Assembly (NCBI RefSeq): GCF_009914755.1 | Contig: NC_060947.1 | Length of the DNA stretch: 64,000 bases | Reading direction: 5' to 3' (one strand) | From: the human T2T-CHM13v2.0 reference genome, Homo sapiens | In this document: piece after piece, positions 1-13,192 of the stretch | Numbering within the stretch: the stretch's first letter is position 1 | How the letters are laid out: the number at the start of each line of letters is the position of its first letter | The notes under the pieces: generated by a model | What the model saw: only the letters and a program-made list of their open reading frames with translations | Database searches by the model: none | Told to the model about the DNA's origin: nothing | Translations under genes and position numbers: made by a program

Positions 1-499
1 CAGCCATTATCAGAGGCTTCTTTAGATAGACTCTACTATCTACTCAAGTACCTTTTACTGAGACTTCATGTGATAGTTAACTTTAATGTCACTTTGACTG
101 GGCTAAGGAATTCCCATATTAAAACTTACTTCTGGGTGTGTCTGCAAGGTTTTGAGATGAATATCTGAGTCAATGGGCTCAGTAAAGCAGATTGCCCTTC
201 TCAGTGTGGTTGGCCATCATCCAATCCATTGAAGACCCAAATAGAATTGATAGATTGAAGAAGGAGCAATTTGTCCCTTTTCTTCCTGCCTCACTGCTCA
301 AGCTGGAACATTTCACCTCATCTTTTCCTGTGCTCAGGCTGGGATTTACACCATTTGCTCTTCTACTTCTCAGGCCTTTGAACTTGGATTAAAATATACC
401 ATTGGCTTTCCTGGGTTTCTAGTTTGCTGATGGCAGACCATAGGACTCCACAGCTTCCATAATGACATAAGCCAATTTCTCATAATAAATCTCTCTCCA

Positions 500-530
500 T
501 ACACACACAGCATCACCACCACCACCACCA

Positions 531-572
<42 letters not shown>

Positions 573-600
573 ATACACAGAGAGAGAGAGAGAGAGAGAA
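500..600. repeat. Compound microsatellite (CAC)n/(CA)n/(GA)n
   Basis: Directly visible. Confidence 0.95.
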
Positions 601-2434
601 ATAAGTTTGTGGAAAAAAATGAAATTAGAAGATAAAAATTCTAAAAATGTACTATATTACTTGTCTTAAGGTCCATCAAGTTCAAGACACCTTTTTAAAC
701 AATGATACCACTCATATAGTTCATCCCTAAAGAACAGAGGTTCCAGGAAATTTAATCATGTCAATGCAGTCTTTTTTATGGTTAACTAAAGTAAAATCTT
801 TAAAGTTTTTTTTTAAGATAAGAAAACCAAAAGAAGCCAGAAAGAGCCAAATTAGGACTGTAAGGTGGATACTTTATAATTTCCCATCAAAACTCACAAA
901 AATTGCTCTTATTTGGATAAGAAGAACGAGCAAGAGCATTGTCGTTGTGATGGTTAATATTGAGCGTCGACTTGATTGGAGGAAGGGTGCAAGGTATTGT
1001 TCCTGGGTGTGTCTGTGAGGGTGTTGCAAAGGAGATTAAAATTTGAATCAGTGAACTGGGAGAGGCAGACCCACACTCAATCTGGATGGGCAACATCTAA
1101 TCAACTGCCAGCATGGCCAGAACAAAGCAGGCAGGAGAAGATGGAAGAGCAGACTTGCTGAGTCTTTCAGCCTTCATCTTTCTCCGACGCTGGATGCTTC
1201 CTGCCCTCGAACATCAGACTCCTAGTTCTTCAGCTTTTGGACTCTTGGACTCACACCAGTGGTTTGTCAGGGTCTCTTGGGCCTTTGGCCACAAACTGAA
1301 GGCTGCACTGTTGGCTTCCCTACTTTTGAGGTTTTGGGACTCGGACTGATCCACCACTGGCTTTCTTGCTCCTCAACTTGCAGATGGCCTATAGTGGGAC
1401 TTTACCTTGTGATCGTGTGAGTCAATTCTCCTTAATAAATTCCCTCTCATATATATATATATTCTATTAGTTCTGTCCATCTAGAGAACCCTGACTAATA
1501 CAGTCATGATGGAGAAGGACTCTCTGGTGAAGCTTTCTCAGGCATTTTTCTGCTAAAGCTTTGGCTAACATTCTCAGAGCACTCCCATAATAAGCAAATG
1601 TTATTATTCTTTGGCTCTCCAGAAAGTCAACATAGAAAATGCTTTCAGCATCCCAGAAAACTGTTGTAATGACCTTTGCTCTTAACTGGTCCACTTTTGC
1701 TTTGACTGGACCATTTTCACTTCTTCGTAGCCATTGCTTTAATTGGCTTTGTCTTCAGGATCATACTGGTAAAGCCAAGTTTAATCTCTTGTAAACATTC
1801 TTGGAAGAAATGCTTCAGGATCTTGATCCCATTTGTTTAAAATTTCCACTGAAACATTTGCTCCTGTCGGCAGCTGATCTGAGCACAATGGCTTTAGTAC
1901 CCATTGAGTGGAAAGTTTGCTCAACTTTATTTTTCAGTCATAATTGTGTAAACTGAACTAACTGAGATGTCTATGGTGTTTGACTACTGTTAATGCGGTT
2001 AATCGTCAGTACTCTTCAATTAGGGCATGAACAAGATTAATTTTTTCCTTGAAAATTGATGCAGATCATCTGCTGCTATGAGCTTCGTCTTCAACATCAT
2101 CTTGTCTCTTCTTCTTCTTAAAACTGGCTATCCATCTGTAAACTGCTGATATTTGGGGACATTGTTTACATTTTGTGAAGCATCAGTGATTTCACCATGC
2201 TTCCACTCATGCTTCAACATAAATTTGATGTTTGTTCTTCCTTTAATTTTAGCAGAATTCATGTTGCTCTCTGGTAGGGGCCCTTTTCACACTGATGCCT
2301 TATCCTTCTTAGTACCTCAAGCCAGATCTTGTTCAGACATGTTACAACAAAGTAGTGTGAATTTATTTTGTTGCAAAAAATGTTTGCATTTTTCCATATT
2401 TCATACTTTCCATGAACTTTGTGAAGATCCCTCA
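601..2434 (-). mobile_element. HSMAR2 mariner DNA transposon fossil (decayed transposase), interrupted by an MLT2A LTR
   Basis: The reverse complement at 2401-2435 reads GAGGGATCTTCACAAAGTTCATGGAAA, a mariner TIR. A degraded TIR lies at ~601. Minus-strand ORF 1467-1694 encodes KVITTVFWD...RVLLHHD, the mariner transposase catalytic region. Confidence 0.85.
946..1502 (+). mobile_element. MLT2A (HERV-L) solo LTR
   Basis: TGTGATGGTTAATATTGAGCGTCGACTTGATTGG...AGAACCCTGACTAATACA termini. 5-bp TSD GTCGT (941-945) / GTCAT (1503-1507). Confidence 0.9.
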
Positions 2435-5400
2435 TAAATATATATATATATGTATGTTCTGCTTCTCTGCAGAACCCAGGATAATATACCTCTCACTGCT
2501 TCCTAATCACATGTAAATGCTGAAAGATCCTCTCTTGAGCTGGCTGTATACTCCAATTTTACAAATCCACCAGAATCCCCCATAATCTGACTTAATTCTC
2601 TCATGCAATTTATTCCACTCCTATTCCAAGTCTGATGCTTTCTCCACCCCTGTACTTCATTCTGGGTCCTTCCCCAGACTGGTTACTTTCTGCACCCATA
2701 CAAAAACTCATGGGACCTTCCCTAGGCTGAATTTTTTTTCATGCACTTCTTTCTGAATCTTATCCTGGGATGGGTGCTCCCTTGGTTCATGCACTTTATG
2801 CAAATTGTCCCCTAGGGAGTCTGATCCTTATATCTCTGCACCTGATCCCATGTGTTCTTTCAGGCTGAATGCATCCTCCACTCTAAAATCTTCTGTCAGA
2901 TCCTACAAGAGGCTTTCTGTATCCTCCCCCATATATATCCTGTGGGTTTTAACCTCAGATAGCTGCAACTTCCACCCAGGCACTTACTGCCATATCCTCC
3001 ACTAGGCTGGATGCTCTCTTCATTCATGTACTTCTTCCCAGATCCTCTTCTGATCTGGCTTATCCTGACACTGATGCAATACCCTGTTGTATCCTCCTCT
3101 AGAGTTGCTGCACCCTACAATCATGGACCTCTGGTCAAGTCCTCCTCTTGCCTGAATGCTACTTTCACCCATGTACTTCCTGGTAAGTCTTCCTGGAGGC
3201 TGGCTTCAAATTACACTCATGCACCTCCTGTCAAGTCCTCTCCTAGGCTAAATTCTTCCTCAACCTATGAACTTTCTGCCAGGTCCTCTGCTAGTCTGGA
3301 TGCACCCTGAATTTGTATACCTCCTGAAATATCCTCCCTGAGGCTGGATACATTCTCAAGCCATGCACTACCTGTTCATTTTTACCTCAGGCTAGACTAT
3401 CTGTCCACCAATGCACTTTCTCCTGGTTGCTCCACTAGGCTCACTACACATTCTACCCAGGGACTTTGCAAGTCCTCTCCTAGCCTGGATGCTTCCTTCA
3501 CTAATGCAGCTCTTCTCAAATCCTCTCTTAGTACATATTTTCATTCCACTGATGCATTGTCTGAAATATCCTCCCTTTAGTTGGCTGAACATACCACACA
3601 TGTACCACCTACTAGGTTTTCCCCTTTATGGATTCTTTCTTAGACCATGCATCTCCTACCAAGTCCACATCTAGATGGAGTGCAACATTTCCTCATGAAC
3701 ATAAATCTGTGACTTTTTCTAGATATACTGGAATCTCCACCATGCACCTTCTGACATTTCTCACCCTCAGTTGGCTGGATCCTCTATTATGAACATCCTG
3801 CCTGGTGTTTTCTTAGGCTGGGTATTCCTCTGACCCATGCAACTCTTGCCATGTCCCCTCCTAGGCTAACTACACCCTCTACTTACATACATCCTGCTAG
3901 GCTAGTTGGAACTGGTGCAATTTTACAGGAATTACCCCCTTGGGAAGATGACACCTCTATTCATGTTCTTCCTGCTAAATACTCTCCTAGACTGGCTGCA
4001 ACCTCCACTAATTCACTACCACCCAAGAAAACCCTTATGTTAGCTGTACCTTCTACCGATGTACCTCTTTCCGGGTTCTTGCCTAGGCTGGATGGTCCCT
4101 ACCCCCAATCAATTTTAGTGAACACTTCTCCTAGGAAGGAGAATTCTTCTGGTGCTCCTTCTACTGAGTCTTCACTGTGAATAGGTGCTTGCTTCACCAT
4201 TGAACATCTTGTCATCTTTTCCCTGAGTCTGACTGCATCTCCCACCCATACACTCCCTAAACAGTGAAAATCTAGGTAAGCAGCAACTTTGTTTTCACTT
4301 TTATTTTAAGTTCAGGGGTACACGTGAAGGTTTGTTCATGGAGGGTTGTTGTACAGATTATTTCTTTACCCAGGTATTAAGCCCAGTACCCAATAGTTAT
4401 CTTTTCTGCTCTTCTTTCTCCTCCCACCCTCCATCCTGAAGTAGACCCCAGTGTCTGTTATTTTCTTCTTTGTGTTTATAAATTCTGATCATTTAGCTTC
4501 CACTTAAAAAGTGAGAACATGCAGTATTTGGTTTTCTGTTCCTGCATTATTTTGCTAAGGATAATAGCCTCCGGTTCCACCTATGTTCCCACAAAAGACA
4601 TGATCTCATTCTTTTATATGACTACATGGTGTATATGTACCACAGTTGTTGTTTTTTTAATCCAATCTGTCATCAATGTGCATCTGGGTTGATTCCATGT
4701 CTTTGTTATTGTGAATAGTGATGCAATGAACATCCGTGTGTATGTGTCTGTATGGTAGAATGACTTATATTCCTCTGGGTATATACTCAGTAATGAAATT
4801 GCTGAGTCGAATGGTAATTCTGCTTTTAGCTTTTTGAAGAATCACCATACTATTTTCCACAATGATTGAAGTAATTTACACTCCCGCCAGCAATGTACAA
4901 GAGTTCCCTTTTTTCTGCAACCTCACCAGCATCTGTAATTTTTTTTACTTTTTAATAATAGCCATTCTCACTGGTGGGAAATAGTATCTCATTGCGGTTT
5001 TGATTCACATTTATCTAATGATCAGTGATATTGAGCTCTTTCATATTCTTGTTGGCCTCATGTATGTCTTCTTTGAAAAATTGCTATTTATATCCTTTGT
5101 CCACTTTTTAATGGAATTGTTTTTCTCTTGTAAATGTGTGTAAGTTCCTTACAGATGCTGGATATTAGACCTTTGTCAAATGCATTCTTTGCAAATATTT
5201 TCTCCCATGCTGTAGGTTATCTGTTGACTCTGTTGATAGTTTCTTTTTCTGTGCAGAAGCTCTTCAGTTTGATTAGATACCACTGTCAATTTGGTGTCTT
5301 TGTCATGAAATCTTTGCCCATTCCTATGTCCAGGATGGTATTTTCTAGATTGTCTTCCAGGATTTTTATAGTGTTTTGGTTTTACATTTAAGTCTTTAGT

Positions 5401-8400
5401 ACATCTTGAGTTGACTTTTGCATATGGTGTAAGAAAAGCATCCAGCTTCAATCTTTTGCATATGGCTAGACAGTTATCCCAGCACCATTTATTGTTAGGG
5501 AGGCTTTTCCCCATTGTTTATTTTTGTCAGCTTTGTTGAACAGCAGATGGTCATAGGTCATAGGTGAGTGGCCTTATTTCTGGGCTCCCTATTCTGTTCC
5601 ATTGGTCTTAGTGCCTGTTTTTGTACTAGTACCATGCTGTTTTGGTTACTGTAGCACTGTAGTATAGTTTGAAGTTGGGTAACATCATGCCTCCAGCTAT
5701 TAGGATTTTCTTGGCTAATCAGGCTATTTTTGGTTCCATATAGATGTTAAAATAATTTTTTCTAGTTCTGTGAAGAATGTTGTTTGTAGTTTGATAGGAA
5801 TAGCATTGAATCTGTACATTGCTTTGGGCAACATGGCCATTTTAATGATATTAATTCTTCATATCTGTATTAGTCCATTCTCATACTGCTATAAAAAACA
5901 ATCTGAGACTGAGTAACTTATGAAGGAGAGAGGTTTAATTGACTCACAGTTCTGCAGGCTGTACAGAAAACATGGCTGGGAGGCCTCAGGAAACATACAA
6001 TCACGACAAAAGAACACAGGGGAGGCAAGCACGTCTTCATATGGCAGCAAAAGCGAGAGAGCAGAGGGGGAAGTGCCACATACCATCAGATCTAAAAACT
6101 CACTCACTATCATGAGAACAGCAAGAGCAAAATCCGCCCCCATGATCCAGTCACCTCCCACCAGCTCCCTCCCCCAACATTGGGCATTACAATTTAACAT
6201 GAGATTTGGGTGGGGACAGAGAACATAACTTATAATTCCACCCGTGGCCCCTCCCAAAGACTGTGTCCTTCTCACATTTCAAAACATAATCATACATTCC
6301 CAACAATCTCGCAAAGTCTTAACTCATTCTAGCATTAACTTAAAAATCCAAGTCCAAAGTCTCATCTGAGGCAAGCCAAGTCCCTTCCACCTATGAGCAT
6401 GTGAGATTAAAAACAAGATAGTTACATCCAAGATACTATGGGGGTACAGGCATTGGGGAAATGTTCACATTCCAAAAGGGAGAAATTGGCCAAAATAAAG
6501 GGGATATAGGCCCCATGCAAGTCCAAAACTCATCAGGACAGTTGTTAAGTCTTAATGCTCCAAAATAATCTCTTTTCACTCCATGTCTCACATCCAGGGC
6601 ACACTGATGCAAGAGGTGGGCTCTCAAAGCCTTGGGCAGCTCCACCCCTGTGGCTCTGCAGGATAGAGCCTCCACAGCTGCTTTCATGGGCTGGCATTGA
6701 GTGCCTACAGCTTTTCCAGGCCCATAGGACAAGCTGTTAGTGGGTCTACCATTCTGGGGTCTGGAGGATGGTGGCCCTCTTCTCACAGCTCCACTAGGCA
6801 GTGCCCCAGTTGGAGATTCTGTGTGGGGACTTCAACTTTGCATCCCTCTGCACTGCCCTAGTAGATGTTCTCCATGAGGGATTTGTCCCTGCAGCAGACT
6901 TCTTCCTGGGTACCCAGGCATTTTCATACATCCTTTGAAATCTAGGTGGCTCCCAAACCTCAAGTCTTGCCTTCCGTATACCCACAGGCCCAATACCATG
7001 TGGAAGCCACCAAGGCTTGGGGCTTGCACCCTCTGAAGCAATGGCCAAAGCTGCACCTTGGCCCACTTTAGTCATTCCTGAAGTTGGAGCCCCTGGGATG
7101 CACGGTGCCATGTCCTGGGGCTGCATAGAGCAATGGGGTCCTGGCCCTGGCCCACAAAATCATTTTTCCTTCCTAGGTCTCCACACCTGTGATGAGAGGG
7201 ACTACCACGAAGTTCTCTAAAATACCCTGGAGGCATTTTCCCCATTGTCTTGGCTATTAACATTCTGCTCTTCTTTATTTATGCAAACCTCTGCAGCCTT
7301 GAATTCCTAGCCAGAATTTTTTTTTCTTTTCTACTGCATGGTTGGGCTGCAAATTTTCTAAACTTTTATGCTCTTATTCCCTTTTAAACATAAGTTCTAG
7401 TTTCAGGCTATTTATTTGTTTATGAAAATTAGTGTAGGCTCACAGACCTCAGTGCTCAGTTCCTAGGAAAACTACATTTACTCTTAGCATCACCAAGGAA
7501 CTAAGGTCTAGCAAGCATCAGGTTCTTGGAGTCTGTGTGCTAATTAACACACATCAGCCAGCAGCCAGTTAGCAAATCAAACTTTTACTGCATGCAAGGC
7601 ACTGTGAGAGTTTCCACCAAGGACAGTAGATCTGAGAATAATCATTCTGAGATTCTATAGAGTAAAAATTTCCTAAGAATTCCTTGAATCACAGAATGGT
7701 AAGTGATCTCTAATATTTTGTCCAGCTCTAGGTTCCACCCCATAATTTTACAGAAGAGACAGACATGCAATTAAGATGACCTGCCTGGGGCCCACAACAT
7801 TAGATCATTTCCTCATATAGCATGAATTTGACAAAGTTCACAGAAAATGGAACGTACTCACAGGGTGCCATCAAAACAAAAAGGCTGGCTCAGAATCAGG
7901 TAAGACAAATTTGTGGCAAGATAAGATCATTCATTTATATATATGGATATATATCAATTGTTTTAGTCCACATACTACATGAACAGGTATTAATAAAATC
8001 TATTCATTTGTGTGGAAAATTTCCCAACCATTTGCTATTTAAAGGAACCCAAATAATTTGACAGTTGTTGCAAAATATTTTTAAAGTATACTTTTATAGG
8101 CATAAGAGAATCTAATTTCAATAAATGTGAGCACTTATAATCAAATCAGCAAAAAGTATTTCCACTGTGTGAAACTGCTCCAGTTAATCAGGTGAATATA
8201 ATTTCTATATCCTCCTAGGTCAATATAGTACATTTTAATACAATATTGTTTGGGAGCTTTATGTTCAAGTAGTGAGGTTTTATTTTTTTAAAATGGCAGC
8301 TTATTTGTAAACAAAATAAAAATGCTAATGATCTTTTAAAGCTTTCATACATTTGTTCAAAGACTTACACATTTTTAAACTTTATTCAAACTTCATCAAA

Positions 8401-8679
8401 AATGGTAGATAAAACAGTTTGATTGCTCAGATATTAGTGTTTACAGGCCATAATAATAATGTGTGCTTTGTCTGTGTAGAATCTGTCTATGCAGTTGGTA
8501 TTCAGGCAAGAATTATAGCTGGAACAACAATGGAAATATTGGAGGACCCACTTTGGCATTTATGTGAAGATTTCATATCCTATCCAACATTTACTTTAGT
8601 GTCTAATCAAATTCCATACCCTCAAAAAGATCTGTTGGAACAAATTGATAAAATTAGGTGGAAAGGAAAGTGGTATGGG

Positions 8680-8810
8680 ACTCAAATGCAAGTCACTTCT
8701 GGTTTAATTATTGGCTCTGCTGCTTAATTCCTCTGTACCTCACGTCCTCATCATTGAAGTGGGGACAATAATCTGGGCCTACCTCACAGGGGAATTGAGG
8801 ATATTTTGAT
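8680..8810. mobile_element. MIR fragment carried within the retrocopy
   Basis: CTCTGTACCTCACGTCCTCATCATTGAAGTGGGGACAATAAT...CCTACCTCACAGGG resembles the MIR core. Confidence 0.55.
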
Positions 8811-9050
8811 ATATTAGTGTGCTTTGAAGTTGACTGAAAGATATACTGGATATCATAATTATATAATTTCTAAATAGATTTCTTTAAATCCATGCTATGT
8901 TTTCTTTCTCAGTCAGGTCCTACAGAATGACTGTTGCAGTTGATCTATTATTTTAATAGTAAATTTTGTTATTAATTCCCTATGTGTTAAACGTGGGTAA
9001 TTGTATTAAGTTAATACATATTTAGGGAGGAAAAGCAGGTGGATATAAAT

Positions 9051-9385
9051 CAGTGGTTCCCAGCTTCAGCAGATGATAGCAGTGGAGGGTATCCTTGAGC
9101 TTTTTGTAATATTTCAAAAAGTATATTAGAAATTATACATTTACCCATAATATTCCTGCTTCACAAGCCAATTAAGACATTGAATTTCTATGCATTTTGC
9201 CTATGTGCTCTCAATTCTGTGTTATCACTGCTTGCTTATCAACAACTGATCAAAAGCTGTGAATGGCAGTATGTTTTTGATTAATAATAAAATAAGAAAG
9301 CCTATTATGTGCAACCTATTAAATACTTGGAAACATGGGAAAAGAATAATGAAGGGATTCTTGTGGTCAAATGTTGGGAACCACT
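9051..9385. mobile_element. Possible hAT-Charlie MITE fossil within the retrocopy
   Basis: Inverted termini CAGTGGTTCCCA (9051) and TGGGAACCACT (9375-9385). Confidence 0.4.
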
Positions 9386-12300
9386 TTTATAAAGGAACTA
9401 AGATTATTTGACCCTCTCCACAGGTTGCTTACCTAGTCTCTAAATAATGAAATGTGTGTGTTTGTGTGTTTTGGCTATATTAGGCTATATAACTTCAGGT
9501 TAGAATTTGCCTTCAGTTTTTTTTTCTGTTTTAGAATATAACTGGCCTAATTTATTTAGGTGTATACATGTTGCTCATACATACACACACATATAGGATT
9601 ACAAATGTGGAAAATGCTATAATGTCATATTCTAGCATTGAACTAAATATCAATTTCTGACACTTAAAGTAGTTCTGTATATAAATTCAACATGATGAAT
9701 CAAGGCAATAATTTCTCAAATGCTCTTTTATTTCTTTGTTTGTTTTTATCTCGACTTTTTTTATTTTCCATTTTTTCTAGTATGCAAATAGTGTAAAATT
9801 GTTTTAATGCCTGGACTTTGAAACAAGTAACAAGTGTTCGAAAGTATATAATCTAAGAGCGAATTTGCCCTCCTTGGACTAACCACATACAAATATGAAT
9901 CTGGCTGCAAGAACAGGATATCCAGGTAACCAGAAAGTGGGCATTGATAAAAATATCTGGTGAAGAAGCCTAGGATTTTGACTTTTTGTCAGAGGATTCC
10001 TGTTGGGACAGCTTTACCAGAAAAGAATAATAGTGGATATGTTCATCCAAACTAAGAACTTTCATGCATCTTGCATTGTTACATAGCCTGTGGAATGAAT
10101 TCATTTTTTCTCCCTTGAGTCCAGGAATGACTTCCCTGGAAAAACTCAATCTATATACAGCTATGCCAAAATGAAGGATACCTGCCTCTCTGAAACTTTC
10201 ACTGCTGCTTCTGCCATTGTTCATTTGTCAGATTAAATTTTATTATCTCAGGATGCAAATTTAAAATAAAGTGTAAATCTATGTTAATGAAAAAAAAAGA
10301 AAATTAGTGTAGGCTTTTAGAAGCAGCCAGGCGAATTCCTGAAAGCTTTACTGCTTAGAAACTTCTTCTGCCAGATACCCTAAATCATCTCTCTCAAGTT
10401 CAAAGTTCCACAGATCTCTAGAGCATGGTCCCAATGCCACCAGTCTCTTTGCTAAAGCATAGCAAGAGTGACCTTTACTCTAGTTCCCAATAAGTTCCTC
10501 AGATCCATCTGAGACCACCTCAGCCTGGACTTCATTTTTCATATCTCTATCAGCATTTTGGTCACAACCATTCAACAAGTCTTTAGGAAGTTCCAAACTT
10601 TCCCTCTTCTTCCTGTCTCTTCTGAGCCCTCCAAACTGTTCCAACTTCAGCCTGTTACTCAGTTCCAAAGTTGCTTTCACATTTTCAGGTATCTTTATAG
10701 CAATGCTCCACTTCTCTGGTACCAATTTTCTGTATTAGTCGATTCTCACACTGCTATAAAGAACTACCTGAGACTGAGTAACATATGAAGGAAATAAGTT
10801 TAATTGAAAAAAATTTTGCTGTCTGTACAGGAAGCATGGCTGGGAGGCCTCAGGAAACTTACAAGCGTGGCAGAAGGGCAAAGGGGAAGCAAGCATGTCT
10901 TCACATGGAGGCAAGAGAGAGAGTGAAGGGGAAAGTGCCACATAATTTTAAGACATTAGATCTCCTGAGAACCCACTCACTATTATGAGAACAGCAAGGG
11001 GGACATCCACATCCATGATCCAATCACCTCCCAGCAGGTCCCCTTTCCAACACTGGGAATTTTATTCAACATAAAATTTGGGTGGGTACACAGAACCAAA
11101 CAATAACACTATCCATGAGCATGGGATGTTTTTACATTTGTTTTTGTCTTCCCTGATTTCTTTGAGCAGTGTTTTGTATTTCTCATTGCAGAGATCTTTT
11201 GCCTCTCTAGTTAGCTGTATTCCTAGGTATTTTATTCTTTTCATGGCAATTGGGAATGGGATTGCCTTTCTGATTTGTCTTTCAACTTGGCTGTTGTTGG
11301 TGTATAGGAATTCTAATAATTTTTATACGTTGATTCTTGCATCCTAACACTTTGCTGAAATTATCAGCTTTTGGGCTGAGACTATGGGGTTTTCTAGACA
11401 CCAAATCATGTCTTCTGCAAACAGATATAGTTTGACTTCCTCTCTTTCTGTTCAAATATCTTTTATTTATTTATCTTGCCTGATTGTTCTGGATAGGAAT
11501 TTCAATACTATGTTGAATAGGAATGGTGAGAGAGGGCATCCTTATCTTGTGCTGGTTTTCAAGAATGCTTCCAGCTTTTGGCCCTTCAGTATAATGTTGA
11601 CTATGGATTTGTCCCAGATGGCTCTTATTAGTTTGAGGTATGTTCCTTCAATACTTAGTTTATTGAGAGTTTTTTACATGAAGCAATGTTGAATTTCATC
11701 AAAAACCTTTTCTTCATCTATTGAGATAATCATGTGGTTTTTATCTTTAGTTCTGTTTATGTGATGAATCACACTTACTGATTTGCATATGTTGAACCAA
11801 CCTTGCATCCTGGGGATGAAGCCTACTTGATTATGGTGAATTAGCTTTTTGATGTGCTGCTGCATTCAGTCTGCAAGTATTTTGTTGAGGATTTTTGCAT
11901 GGATGTTCTTCAAGGATATTGGCCTAAAGTTTTCTTTTTTTTTTCTGTGCTTCTGCCAGGTTTTAGTATTAAGATTATACTGGCCTCATAGAATGAGTTT
12001 GGGAGGAGTTTATCCTCCTCAGTTTTTTGGAATAATTTCAGAGTGACTGCTCTGCTGAGACTCCACATAGTTCTGTATGTCAGACAGAAGGCCCTGGTGG
12101 AGCAAGTTCATCTTGACCTAAGGGTTGCAAAGATCTGTGGGAGAAGCATGGGTTCTGGGGGTCACACATTCACTCACCACTTCCCTTGGCAAGGGAGGTA
12201 CCCTTGGCTCTGTGTCTCTCCTGGGTGGGTCGTCTTTCTGCCTTTTCCATTCTCCATGGGTCAAGTTGTTTCCTTCATTAGTCCCAATGCAAGTACCTGG

Positions 12301-13192
12301 ATGTTTCAGTTGAAGGTGCTATATTTAATCACCATTTCTGTTTCTCTCTGTGAGACCCACACACATTAGCTGCTTCTAGTCAGCCATCTTGGCCACCTCC
12401 CACAACTTTCATTTGTGTAATTCCTGTCAGATATTCCTTTAGGCTGGATACAGGTTCCTTTCATTAATTTTCTTCCAGTTTTTTTTCCCTCAGCTGGCAG
12501 CACAACCCATGAACACAGTTCCTGAAAGAGCTTGTCATAGGGTGGATGTGCTATTCACCGATGCAGTTACTGCCTCACCAACACCGCTCCCAATAGCTCT
12601 GGTATACCCTACAATCATGCATTTCCTGAAGATTCCTCCCTAGACATGTTGCATCTTCCATGCATGCACCTCATGATTAGTCCATGCTTTAGCTTGATGC
12701 TTCCTCTACCCATGCAGTTTATTATTTGTCCTCCCCTTTGCTGGTGACACCCTTCACCTATGCACACCCTGCATAAGCCACTGGTAGACTGGTTTTTCCC
12801 TAAACCCACGGACCTGGTCCTAGGTCTTCCTATAGGCTGAATTTTCCCTATGCCTATGAAAGTTGTCCCAGGACTTCTTCTAGGCTCTTTGAATTAGCCT
12901 AACTTACATATTTTGTGAAATTCTTCATTATACTGTATATTTCATCCATCCATGCACTTCCTGTGGTCATCCCCTGGGCTGGTTGGATTCTGCACCCCTG
13001 TATCTCTTGCCTTTTCCCAATAATAGTATGGATGCACATGTGACCCATAGACCACCTGACAATTTTTCACCTTATCTAGATTCACAATTCACCATGCACA
13101 AGCTGCTAGAACTTCCTTTGGGCTTGTACACTCTCCATAATGTACCTCCTTCTAAGACCTCCCTTTGCCAGGATGCCTTCTACGTTCATCTC

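Larger units (their letters stand above)
69..2488 (+). mobile_element. Old MLT2-type (ERVL) solo LTR, split by an HSMAR2 insertion (pieces ~69-600 and ~2436-2488)
   Basis: Starts TGTGATAGTTAACTTTAATGTCACTTTGACTGGGCTAAGG. AATAAA at ~485 is followed by a CA/GA microsatellite. The typical MLT2 3' end (GTTCTGCTTCTCTGCAGAACCC...TAATA) appears only after the mariner, at ~2455-2488. Confidence 0.7.
7441..10298 (+). pseudogene. Retroposed, 5'-truncated cellular mRNA copy (3'UTR-like); parent gene not identified
   Basis: Perfect 17-bp TSD GAAAATTAGTGTAGGCT at 7424-7440 and 10299-10315. AATAAA at 10265 and an A-tail at 10290-10298. The insert is AT-rich and is neither L1 nor Alu. Confidence 0.8.
5866..11108 (-). 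mobile_element. MaLR provirus (MSTA/THE1D-type): LTR 5866-~6235, internal region, LTR 10731-11108
   Basis: Two similar LTRs both begin TGTATTAGTC..TTCTCA.ACTGCTATAAA. MaLR internal sequence lies between them. 5-bp TSD ATATC (5861-5865) / CTATC (11109-11113); the L1 sequence is continuous across it. Confidence 0.88.
4291..12402 (-). mobile_element. Older primate L1 (L1PA/L1PB-type) with both termini and a large internal deletion; interrupted by an MST provirus
   Basis: 3' end at ~4291 (TTTTATTTTAAGTTCAGGGGTACA). ORF2 remnants include [30 protein letters not shown] and [15 protein letters not shown]. The 5' UTR start (rc GGAGGTGGCCAAGATGGCTGACTAGAAGCAGC) is at ~12370-12401. Probable TSD CAACTTT at 4284-4290 and 12403-12409. 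Confidence 0.85.

Noticed and set aside
8419-8727. 102-aa ORF within the retrocopy as the parent CDS
   Set aside because: It has a non-ATG start, no recognisable domain, AT-rich UTR-like context, and it runs into a MIR fragment.
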